Of a stretch of 64,000 bases of DNA, positions 43,016-51,064 are shown piece by piece. A program made the translations under genes and the position numbers. A model generated the notes under the pieces. It searched no databases, was not told the origin of the DNA, and saw only the letters and a program-made list of their open reading frames with translations. The stretch is from Mycobacteriales bacterium (GTDB taxonomy: Bacteria > Actinomycetota > Actinomycetes > JAFAQI01): assembly GCA_036267755.1 (NCBI GenBank), contig DATAVK010000062.1, forward strand, positions 887 through 64,886. Direction: 5' to 3'. Position 1 is the first letter of the stretch. Each line of letters starts with the position of its first letter.

Positions 43016-44209
43016 ATGACGTCCCCGCTGGTCGAGCGGATGCGCGGATTCGGTACGACGATTTTCGCCGAGATGACCGCTCTGGCGCTCAGCACCGGCG
43101 CCGTCAACCTCGGACAGGGATTCCCCGACACCGACGGGCCGCCGGCCATGCTGGCGCGCGCCGCCGCCGCGATGACCGAGGGGCTGAACCAGTACCCGCC
43201 CGGGCCCGGCCTCCCGGCGCTGCGGCAGGCCGTGGCACGGCAACGAGCCCGCGACTACGGGCTGGACTACGACCCGGACAGCGAGGTCCTGGTCACGGTC
43301 GGCGCCACCGAGGCCGTGAGCGCCACCATCCTCGCGTTCTGTGAGCGCGGCGACGAGGTCATCGTCCTGGAGCCCTACTACGACGTGTACGCGGCCGCGA
43401 TCGCCCTGGCCGGCGCGGTGCGCGTGGCCGTGCCGCTTCGCGCCGAGCCAGGCGGGGGCCACTTCGCGCTGGACCCGGAAGCGCTCCGCGCCGCCGTGTC
43501 GCCGCGCACCCGGCTGATCCTCATCAACTCCCCACACAATCCGACCGGCACGGTGCTGACGCTCGCCGAGCTCGAGGCGGTGGCCGAGCTCTGCCGCGAC
43601 CGCGATCTGATCGCCGTCACGGACGAGGTCTACGAGTACCTCACTTTCGACGGCGCCCGCCACATCCCGCTGGCCACGTTGCCGGGGATGCGGGAACGGA
43701 CGGTGTCGATCTCCAGCGCGGGCAAGACGTTCAGCGTCACCGGCTGGAAGATCGGCTGGGTCTGCGCTCCGGCGCCCCTGGTCCGCGCGGTGTCGACGGT
43801 GAAGCAGTTCCTCACCTTCACCCACAGCGGCCCGCTGCAGGTCGCGGTCGCCGACGCGCTCGACGGCGAGAGCGCCTGGGTAGCGGAGTCGTGCCGCTCG
43901 CTGCAATCGCGCCGCGATCGGTTGACCGCAGGCCTGCAGAGCGCCGGGTTCGAGGTGCATCGCTCGCAGGGCACGTATTTCGTGCTCGCCGACGGTCGCG
44001 CGCTCGGCCTCGACGACGGCGAGCGGCTGGCCCGCCGGCTGCCGCACGAAGTGGGCGTGGTCGGGATCCCGGTTTCGGTGTTCTGCGACCACGCGGACGT
44101 CGGACGGCCGTACGTCCGGTTCGCCTTCTGCAAGCGGGACGACGTCCTCGACGAGGCCGTCGCCCGGTTCCGCGACTGGTCACATGCGGGAGTCGGTCCC
44201 GCCTCTTAG
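43016..44209 (+). CDS. class I/II pyridoxal-phosphate aminotransferase (DapC / glutamine-transaminase-like)
   Basis: 397 aa. NLGQGFPDTDGP, NSPHNPTG and the PLP-lysine region SISSAGKTFSVTGWKIGW. Confidence 0.85.
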   Translation: MTSPLVERMRGFGTTIFAEMTALALSTGAVNLGQGFPDTDGPPAMLARAAAAMTEGLNQYPPGPGLPALRQAVARQRARDYGLDYDPDSEVLVTVGATEAVSATILAFCERGDEVIVLEPYYDVYAAAIALAGAVRVAVPLRAEPGGGHFALDPEALRAAVSPRTRLILINSPHNPTGTVLTLAELEAVAELCRDRDLIAVTDEVYEYLTFDGARHIPLATLPGMRERTVSISSAGKTFSVTGWKIGWVCAPAPLVRAVSTVKQFLTFTHSGPLQVAVADALDGESAWVAESCRSLQSRRDRLTAGLQSAGFEVHRSQGTYFVLADGRALGLDDGERLARRLPHEVGVVGIPVSVFCDHADVGRPYVRFAFCKRDDVLDEAVARFRDWSHAGVGPAS

Positions 44210-44213
44210 GCTC

Positions 44214-45890
44214 ATGATCATGCCGCATCTGCCACACCGAGCGCCGCCGCTGCTGCTCGAGCTGGACCTCACCCGCGCCCTCGTCGAGACCGAACCCGAA
44301 GACCCGGTGGGCAAGCTGCGTAGCCGGGGCCGGCCAAGGCTGAAGGCGACGCTGCGGGCGTTGCACGAGGCCGGGGCCGACCCGCGGGTCGTCGGCCTGA
44401 TCGCCCGGGTCGGCGACATCGCCATGCCGATCGCGATCGCACAGGAACTGCGGGACGCGGTCACGGTCTTCGCCGCCAGCGGGAAGCCTGCGGTCGCCTA
44501 CGCCGAGACGTTCGGCGAGTCCGCCAACGGCGTGGTTCCGTACCTGCTCGCCACCGGGTTCTCGGAGATCTGGCTGCAGCCGTCGGGTGAGCTCGGCCTG
44601 ATCGGAGTCGCGGCCGAGGTGACCTTCCTGCGCGGAGCGCTGGACAAGGCCGGCATCGAGCCGCAGCTGGACAAGCGCTACGAGTACAAGAACGCCGCCG
44701 ACCGGATCATGAACGACGGCTTCACCGAGGCCCACCGGGAGTCCATGGACCGGCTCGCCGAGTCCGTCTGGGACACCGTGGTGGCGGCGATCACGAGCTC
44801 ACGCGGCATCACCGCTGAGGCGCTCTCGGAACGCGTCGACAACGCCCCGATCTCCCCTGACGAGGCACTCGAGGCTGGCCTGATCGACCGGATCGGCTAC
44901 CGCGACGAGGCGTACGCCGATCTGCGGCGCCGAGTCGGAGCCGAGGCCACGCTGCGTTTTGCCGACCGCTGGACGCCACGGCGCCCCGTCCCCAAGCGAG
45001 TCGTCACCGCCGTCACGAAGCGCCGGGCAGGTGCCGTCGCTCTCATCGAGGGTCACGGCGCCATCGTCACCGGCCGGAGCCGGCGGATGCCGTTCCAGGG
45101 CCCGGTGATGGGAAGCGACACCGTCGCCGCCGCCTTCCGCGCCGCGCGCGAGGACGACCGGGTCCGGGCCGTGGTCTTCCGGGTCGACTCCCCCGGCGGC
45201 TCGGCCGTCGCGTCCGACACGATCTGGCGCGAAGTGGTGGTCACCCGCGAGGCCGGCAAGCCCGTCGTCGTGTCGATGGGGACGATGGCCGGGTCAGGTG
45301 GCTACTTCGTCGCCTGTCCCGCCGACGTCATCGTGGCGCAGCCGTCGACGCTGACCGGTTCGATCGGCGTCTTCGGCGGCAAGGCCGTCGTGTCGCAGCT
45401 CACCGAACGCCTCGGGTTCGCTACGGACGCGGTTGCCCGCGGCCGTCACGCCCGGATGTTCTCGGCCCGGATCGGGTTCAGCGACGACGAGCGGGAGCGG
45501 CTGTCGGTCTGGCTCGACGCGGTGTACGACGATTTCGTTCGCAAGGTCGCATCGGGCCGGAGCATGGAGCGCGACGCCGTGCATCAGATCGCCAAGGGGC
45601 GGGTGTGGACCGGTGCCGACGCCGCGGGCAACGGGCTGGTCGACTCCCTCGGTGGGCTGCGCGACGCGCTGCGCATCGCCCGGGAGCGAGCCGGGCTCGC
45701 CGCCGATGCACCGATGCGACCCGCCGTACGGGTGCCGTTGCTGGCCCGGCTCACGCCACCGTCGTCCAGCGAGGACCCTCGCGCGGCGTCGATGCACCTC
45801 GGCGGCTGGGGCGACCTGGCGGGGATCGCGTCAACGCTGGGACTGCCCGCCGGTGGGCCGTTGAGCATGCCGACCGTGTCGCTGCGCTGA
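44214..45890 (+). CDS. sppA: signal peptide peptidase SppA, 67K type
   Basis: ORF 44184-45890 trimmed to ATG 44214. Two S49 repeats (VVGLIARVG... and VFRVDSPGGSAVASD, MAGSGGYFVA). Confidence 0.85.
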   Translation: MIMPHLPHRAPPLLLELDLTRALVETEPEDPVGKLRSRGRPRLKATLRALHEAGADPRVVGLIARVGDIAMPIAIAQELRDAVTVFAASGKPAVAYAETFGESANGVVPYLLATGFSEIWLQPSGELGLIGVAAEVTFLRGALDKAGIEPQLDKRYEYKNAADRIMNDGFTEAHRESMDRLAESVWDTVVAAITSSRGITAEALSERVDNAPISPDEALEAGLIDRIGYRDEAYADLRRRVGAEATLRFADRWTPRRPVPKRVVTAVTKRRAGAVALIEGHGAIVTGRSRRMPFQGPVMGSDTVAAAFRAAREDDRVRAVVFRVDSPGGSAVASDTIWREVVVTREAGKPVVVSMGTMAGSGGYFVACPADVIVAQPSTLTGSIGVFGGKAVVSQLTERLGFATDAVARGRHARMFSARIGFSDDERERLSVWLDAVYDDFVRKVASGRSMERDAVHQIAKGRVWTGADAAGNGLVDSLGGLRDALRIARERAGLAADAPMRPAVRVPLLARLTPPSSSEDPRAASMHLGGWGDLAGIASTLGLPAGGPLSMPTVSLR

Positions 45891-45906
45891 GCGCAGTGAT
45901 ACCCAG

Positions 45907-47376
45907 ATGACCATGACGGATCTGCCGGCGGCCTCTGACACCTTCGACGTCGTCGTGATCGGCGGCGGCCCGCCCGGCGAGAACGCGGCGGACTACGTGG
46001 TCAAGGGCGGCCTCAGCGCCGCGCTCGTCGAGGTGGATCTGGTCGGCGGCGAGTGCTCGTACTGGGCGTGCATGCCCAGCAAGGCGCTGCTGCGGTCGGT
46101 GGAGACACTTGACCTCGCCCATCACGTTCCCGGCGTACCGGTCGGCGATCGGCTCGACATCGGCTCGGTGCTCGATAACCGGGACAAGTTCACCCATCAC
46201 CACGACGACTCGTCGCAGGTCGAGTGGGCCGAGGGCGCGCACATCACCGTGATCCGTGGCCGCGGCCGGCTCGCCGGCGAGAAGCGGGTCGACGTCACCG
46301 CGCCCGACGGCACCACCCGGACGCTCACCGCTCGTCACGCGGTCGTCGTGGCGACCGGCACCAGCGCCGCGATCCCGCCGATCGACGGCCTGCGCGAGGC
46401 GCAGCCGTGGACGTCACGCGACGTCACCAACCTGCACACCGTCCCGGCACGGATCGTCGTCATCGGCGGTGGTGTCGTGGCCTGCGAGGCCGCGACCTGG
46501 CTGATCGGGCTGGGTGCCCAGGTGACGGTGCTGTGCCGCGAGGAACGGCTGCTGGAGCACAACGAGCCGTTCGCGGGTGAGCTGCTGGCGGACCGGCTCC
46601 GCCAGGACGGCGCCGACGTCCGCCTTAATGTCACGACGGAGCAGGTCCGCCGCGGTCCGATCAGCACGACGGACGAAGGCGAGCCGCGGGGCAGCGAGGT
46701 GACGGTGACCGCCGATGGGGAGGCGATCGTCGCCGACGAGGTGCTGATCGCCGCCGGACGCACCCCCAACAGCGGCGACCTCGGCCTCGACTCGATCGGC
46801 CTCGCGCGGGATGGCTACCTGTCGACCGACGACACGATGCTCGTCGACGACGTGCCCGGCGGCTGGCTCTACGCGGTTGGCGACATCACCGGGCGCGCCC
46901 TGCTCACCCACATGGGCAAGTACCAGGCGCGGGTCTGCGGTGACGTGATCGCCGCCCGCGCGAAGGGCGAGCCCACCGACGCCCGGCGGTTCCGGGCGAG
47001 CAGCGACCACGGAGCGGTCCCGCAGGTCACGTTCTCCACACCACAGGTTGCCTCGGTCGGTCTGACCGAAGCCCACGCAAGAGCGGCCGGTACGCCAGTC
47101 CGGACCGTGAGCTACGACATCGGCAGCGTCGCCGGCGCTGCCTTGCTGCGCAACGACTTCGTTGGTCGGGCCCAGCTCGTCGTCGACACCTCCGACGAGA
47201 CGCTCGTCGGCGCGACGTTCGTCGGTCCCGACGTCGCTGAGCTGGTGCACGCGGCCACAATCGCGGTCGTCGGCAAGGTGCCGCTCGACGTGCTGTGGCA
47301 CGCGGTTCCGTCGTACCCGACGGTCAGTGAGATTTGGCTCCGGTTGCTCGAGACCTGGCGCGCCGAGGCGGCCTGA
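45907..47376 (+). CDS. FAD-dependent pyridine nucleotide-disulfide oxidoreductase (dihydrolipoyl dehydrogenase family)
   Basis: 489 aa. VVVIGGGPPGENAA, a redox-active CxxxxC in GGECSYWACMPSK, and a C-terminal dimerisation-domain HAVPSYPTVSE. Confidence 0.8.
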   Translation: MTMTDLPAASDTFDVVVIGGGPPGENAADYVVKGGLSAALVEVDLVGGECSYWACMPSKALLRSVETLDLAHHVPGVPVGDRLDIGSVLDNRDKFTHHHDDSSQVEWAEGAHITVIRGRGRLAGEKRVDVTAPDGTTRTLTARHAVVVATGTSAAIPPIDGLREAQPWTSRDVTNLHTVPARIVVIGGGVVACEAATWLIGLGAQVTVLCREERLLEHNEPFAGELLADRLRQDGADVRLNVTTEQVRRGPISTTDEGEPRGSEVTVTADGEAIVADEVLIAAGRTPNSGDLGLDSIGLARDGYLSTDDTMLVDDVPGGWLYAVGDITGRALLTHMGKYQARVCGDVIAARAKGEPTDARRFRASSDHGAVPQVTFSTPQVASVGLTEAHARAAGTPVRTVSYDIGSVAGAALLRNDFVGRAQLVVDTSDETLVGATFVGPDVAELVHAATIAVVGKVPLDVLWHAVPSYPTVSEIWLRLLETWRAEAA

Positions 47377-47382
47377 CCTGCC

Positions 47383-48015
47383 ATGAATCTTGCGACCGGA
47401 GCCGAGCTGGCCACAGCTGGGGGCACGCTGGTGCTCGCCATCGCGACGTTCGCCTCGATCCGCAGCGGTCAGCGGGCCGCCAGAATCGCGGAACGCTCGC
47501 TGCTCGCCGGGCTGCGCCCCATGCTGTTCCCGACGCGGCTCGGCGACCCGTCGGAAAAGGTGGGGTTCTCCGACACCCACCACGTCGTCGTGGAGGGAGG
47601 TCGGGCCGTCATCGAGGTGACCGACACCGCGATCTACCTCGCGATGACGCTGCGCAACGTCGGCTCCGGGCTGGGGGTGCTCGATCGGTGGGCGATCCGC
47701 GATGAGATCGACACGCACAACGTCGAGCCGTCACCGCAGAGCGCGTTCCGCCGGCTCACCCGCGACATCTACGTCCCGCCGAACGACTTCAGCTTCTGGC
47801 AGGGCGCGTTGCGCGACCCATCGGAGCCACTGTTCGCCACTGTCCGGAACGCGGCCGAGCAGCGGCAACGGCTGTACCTCGAGCTGCTCTATGGCGACAT
47901 GGAGGGTGGACAGCGCACCATCTCGCTGTTCATGTTCACACCGGTGCAGCGCGACGGCGGCTGGATCACGTCCCTGGCCCGGCACTACTACCTCGACCGG
48001 GCCAACCCCCGCTAA
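47383..48015 (+). CDS. hypothetical membrane-anchored protein
   Basis: 210 aa. A single N-terminal hydrophobic helix (GGTLVLAIATFASI). It begins 6 nt after the upstream stop. No family recognised. Confidence 0.45.
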   Translation: MNLATGAELATAGGTLVLAIATFASIRSGQRAARIAERSLLAGLRPMLFPTRLGDPSEKVGFSDTHHVVVEGGRAVIEVTDTAIYLAMTLRNVGSGLGVLDRWAIRDEIDTHNVEPSPQSAFRRLTRDIYVPPNDFSFWQGALRDPSEPLFATVRNAAEQRQRLYLELLYGDMEGGQRTISLFMFTPVQRDGGWITSLARHYYLDRANPR

Positions 48016-48048
48016 CCCTGCAGCACCATGGCGTGTGGGTGTGGGCGG

Positions 48049-50235
48049 CTAGGGGGCGTCGACGGAGTCCAGGCGCGCGGGGAGCGGCTCGTGGACCCCG
48101 AGGTCGCCCACCTGGAGCAACCGTGAGATCGCCGCCGCTGGCTGCGGCCGGGCGAAGTAGAAGCCCTGCGCGACATGGCAGCCGAGCGTGCTCAGTGCGC
48201 TTGCCTGCTCGGGCCGCTCCACGCCCTCGGCCACGGTGTCGACGTCCAGCGCGGTGGCGAGATCGATGATCGAGCGGACCAGCGCCGCCTGCCTCGGGCC
48301 ATCCGTGAGCGGGTCCACGAAGGTGCGGTCGATCTTCAGCACGTCGACGGGGTAGCGCCGCAGGTAGGCCAATGACGAGTAGCCGGTGCCGAAGTCGTCG
48401 ACGGCGAGCTGGATGCCGAGTGCGCGAAGTTGCGCCAGCCTGGTGCCGGCAAGCACCGCGTCGCCGAGCAGCAGGTTCTCGGTGATCTCGATGGTGAGCA
48501 CGCCGGCCGGCAGCCCGGAGCTGGCGAGCGCCCGGGCAGCGACGTCGACGAAGTCGGGGTCGTAGAGCTGCCGTGGCGAGAGGTTGACCGAGATGGTGAG
48601 CGGCCGGTCGGGGTCGGCGGCTCGCCACAGGCCGGCCTGCCGACACGCCTCGGTGACGATCCACTGACCCAGCGGCACGATCAGGCCGGTGTCCTCGGCG
48701 ACCTCGACGAACTCCGCCGGCAGCAGCAGACCACGGATCGGGTGATGCCAGCGAATCAGCGCCTCGAGCCCCACGATCATCCGGCTCTCGAGGTCGACGT
48801 ACGGCTGGTAGTACAGCTCGAACTCGCCGCGCTCGACGGCGGTGCGCAGCTCGCTCTCCAGCCGAAGTCGGGTGACGACCCGCTCGTGCATCGACGGCTC
48901 GAAGACGACGAGCCGGTTCTTGCCGTCCGCCTTCGCCTTGTACATCGCGACGTCGGCGTCGCGGAGCAGGTCGTGGCCCGAGAGCTGCTCGGCCGCATGG
49001 ACCACGCCGACACTGGCGGTCACGACGACCTGGCCACGGCGCAGCGAGAACGGAGCCGAGAGCGCGTCGAGGACCCGCCGCCCGACGGCCACCGTTTCGG
49101 CACCGTCGATCCGTTCCAGCAACAGCGCGAACTCGTCGCCGCCGAGCCGCGCAGCGATGTCACCGTCGCGCAGGCACGAGCGGAGCCGGCGGGCCACTGC
49201 GAGCAGCAGCTCGTCGCCGACGGAGTGACCGAAGCTGTCATTGACGGACTTGAACCCGTCGAGGTCGAGCAGCAGCACCGCGACGCCCGGCGAGCCGGAG
49301 TCGAGGGCGGTGACCGCAGCGTCGATCCGCTGGTTGACGAGGTTGCGGTTGGCCAGCCCGGTCAACGGGTCGCTCAGTGCGAGCTGGCGGAGCCGACGCT
49401 CGGACTCCTTGCGTGCGGAGATGTCGGTGATCAGGCCCATCAGGCCGGTGACCTCGCCGTTTTCGTCGAACATCACCGACGACGCGACGGACACCTCCTG
49501 CATCTGGCCGTCTCGGCCGACCCGGGTCTCCTCGTGCTCGACGAGCGTCTCGCCGCCGAGGATCATCCGGTCGACGAGCTCGGCGAACGCCTCGCGCCGT
49601 TCGGCGGGAATGTGCGGGGCGACGGTCCCGCGGACCTCCGACTCGCGCAGCCCGAACATCCGCTCGGCGGCCGGATTCCACAGCTGGACCCGCCACTCCC
49701 GGTCCATCACGACGATCGCGGCCGGCGACATGCTGACGGAGGCGTCCAACCAGGCTCGGGCCTCGTCGACCTGCTGCCGCCTGCGGTGCAGCTCGCTGAC
49801 GTCGGTGACGACACCGTCCACCAGCCGTCGACCGTCCGACGTCACCTCGCGCAGCCACATCTGGTCCAGCACCCAGCGCACCACGCCGTCCTTGCCGCGC
49901 ATCCGGTACTCCATGGCGACCGAGCTGCGCTGACCGAGGTTGCCCTCCGCGCGGTATCGCTCCAGGTCGTCGGGGTGGACGTAGGCGTTCCACAGCGTGG
50001 ACAGGTTCTCGTCGGGATCCGGGTGGCCGCCGATCAACAGCTCGAGACCCGGACCGGTGAAGATCTCCTCGTAGCTACCGTCCGGATGCAGCTCGCCGGT
50101 GTAGACGTGGCACCCGATCCGGGTCAGCAGGGCAAGCACGTCCAGACCCGGGGCAGCCACCATCGACTGTGGCCGCGAAGTGGGCACACTCATAGAAGGT
50201 CTATCGGCAGAGAAGGTGCTCGGCATGACCACCAC
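48049..50235 (-). CDS. PAS-PAS-GGDEF-EAL c-di-GMP signalling protein
   Basis: 728 aa (start GTG 50235 or ATG 50226). Intact RLGGDEFALLL and GLEALIRW, plus DDFGTGYSSLAYL. Confidence 0.9.
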   Translation of the reverse strand: MVVMPSTFSADRPSMSVPTSRPQSMVAAPGLDVLALLTRIGCHVYTGELHPDGSYEEIFTGPGLELLIGGHPDPDENLSTLWNAYVHPDDLERYRAEGNLGQRSSVAMEYRMRGKDGVVRWVLDQMWLREVTSDGRRLVDGVVTDVSELHRRRQQVDEARAWLDASVSMSPAAIVVMDREWRVQLWNPAAERMFGLRESEVRGTVAPHIPAERREAFAELVDRMILGGETLVEHEETRVGRDGQMQEVSVASSVMFDENGEVTGLMGLITDISARKESERRLRQLALSDPLTGLANRNLVNQRIDAAVTALDSGSPGVAVLLLDLDGFKSVNDSFGHSVGDELLLAVARRLRSCLRDGDIAARLGGDEFALLLERIDGAETVAVGRRVLDALSAPFSLRRGQVVVTASVGVVHAAEQLSGHDLLRDADVAMYKAKADGKNRLVVFEPSMHERVVTRLRLESELRTAVERGEFELYYQPYVDLESRMIVGLEALIRWHHPIRGLLLPAEFVEVAEDTGLIVPLGQWIVTEACRQAGLWRAADPDRPLTISVNLSPRQLYDPDFVDVAARALASSGLPAGVLTIEITENLLLGDAVLAGTRLAQLRALGIQLAVDDFGTGYSSLAYLRRYPVDVLKIDRTFVDPLTDGPRQAALVRSIIDLATALDVDTVAEGVERPEQASALSTLGCHVAQGFYFARPQPAAAISRLLQVGDLGVHEPLPARLDSVDAP

Positions 50236-50332
50236 GACGCGGTTTGTAAAGGAATCGGACGGCGTCAGCTGGTTTGTCCGCCAGCCGAACTGGACGCTCG
50301 ATCACTAGGCCGCATCCGTACGATCGGCCACC

Positions 50333-51064
50333 ATGACCCCGCCACGACAGATCCTGGCCACCTCGGGCGGCTTCCTGCCCGGGCCGACCGGGCCCTACGC
50401 CTGGCGGCGGGGGCCGATCATCGAGCACGCGCTGCGGCTGACCGGCAAGCGCCGCCCCCGGCTCTGTCACCTCGCCACGGCCACCGGTGATGCGCTGACC
50501 ACCGCCCACGGGGTCGCGTCGGCGTTCGCCGGGAGCGACGACGTCATCCTCAGCAGCCTCGAGCTGTTCGCGATGCCGAACGTCCCCGACCCCGCGGCCC
50601 ACCTGCTGAGCCAGGACGTGATCTGGGTCGGTGGCGGCTCGGTCGTCAACCTGCTGGCCGTCTGGCGGGCCCACGGGCTCGACGACGTCATGCGGGAGGC
50701 CTGGGAACGCGGGATCGTGCTCGCCGGGGTCTCGGCCGGCTCGATCTGCTGGCACGTCGGCGGTACGACGGACTCCTTCGGCCCAGACCTGCGACCGGTC
50801 ACGAACGGGCTGGCGCTGCTGCCGTACTCCAACGGCGTGCACTACAACTCCGAGGAGCAGCGCCGGCCGCTGTTCCAGCGGCTGGTCGGTGACGGCACGC
50901 TCCCCGACGGTTACGCCACCGACGACGGAGTAGGCCTGCACTACATCGGCACCGAGCTGCACGAGGTCGTCGCGGACCGGCCGGGGCCGGCGGCGTACCG
51001 GGTGGAACGCGACGGCGCCGAGGTGCGAGAGACCAAGCTGGTCCCGCGGCTGCTCGATCCGTGA
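50333..51064 (+). CDS. peptidase S51 (dipeptidase E-like) family protein
   Basis: 243 aa. VIWVGGGSVVNLL and the nucleophile context LAGVSAGSICW. Confidence 0.7.
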   Translation: MTPPRQILATSGGFLPGPTGPYAWRRGPIIEHALRLTGKRRPRLCHLATATGDALTTAHGVASAFAGSDDVILSSLELFAMPNVPDPAAHLLSQDVIWVGGGSVVNLLAVWRAHGLDDVMREAWERGIVLAGVSAGSICWHVGGTTDSFGPDLRPVTNGLALLPYSNGVHYNSEEQRRPLFQRLVGDGTLPDGYATDDGVGLHYIGTELHEVVADRPGPAAYRVERDGAEVRETKLVPRLLDP

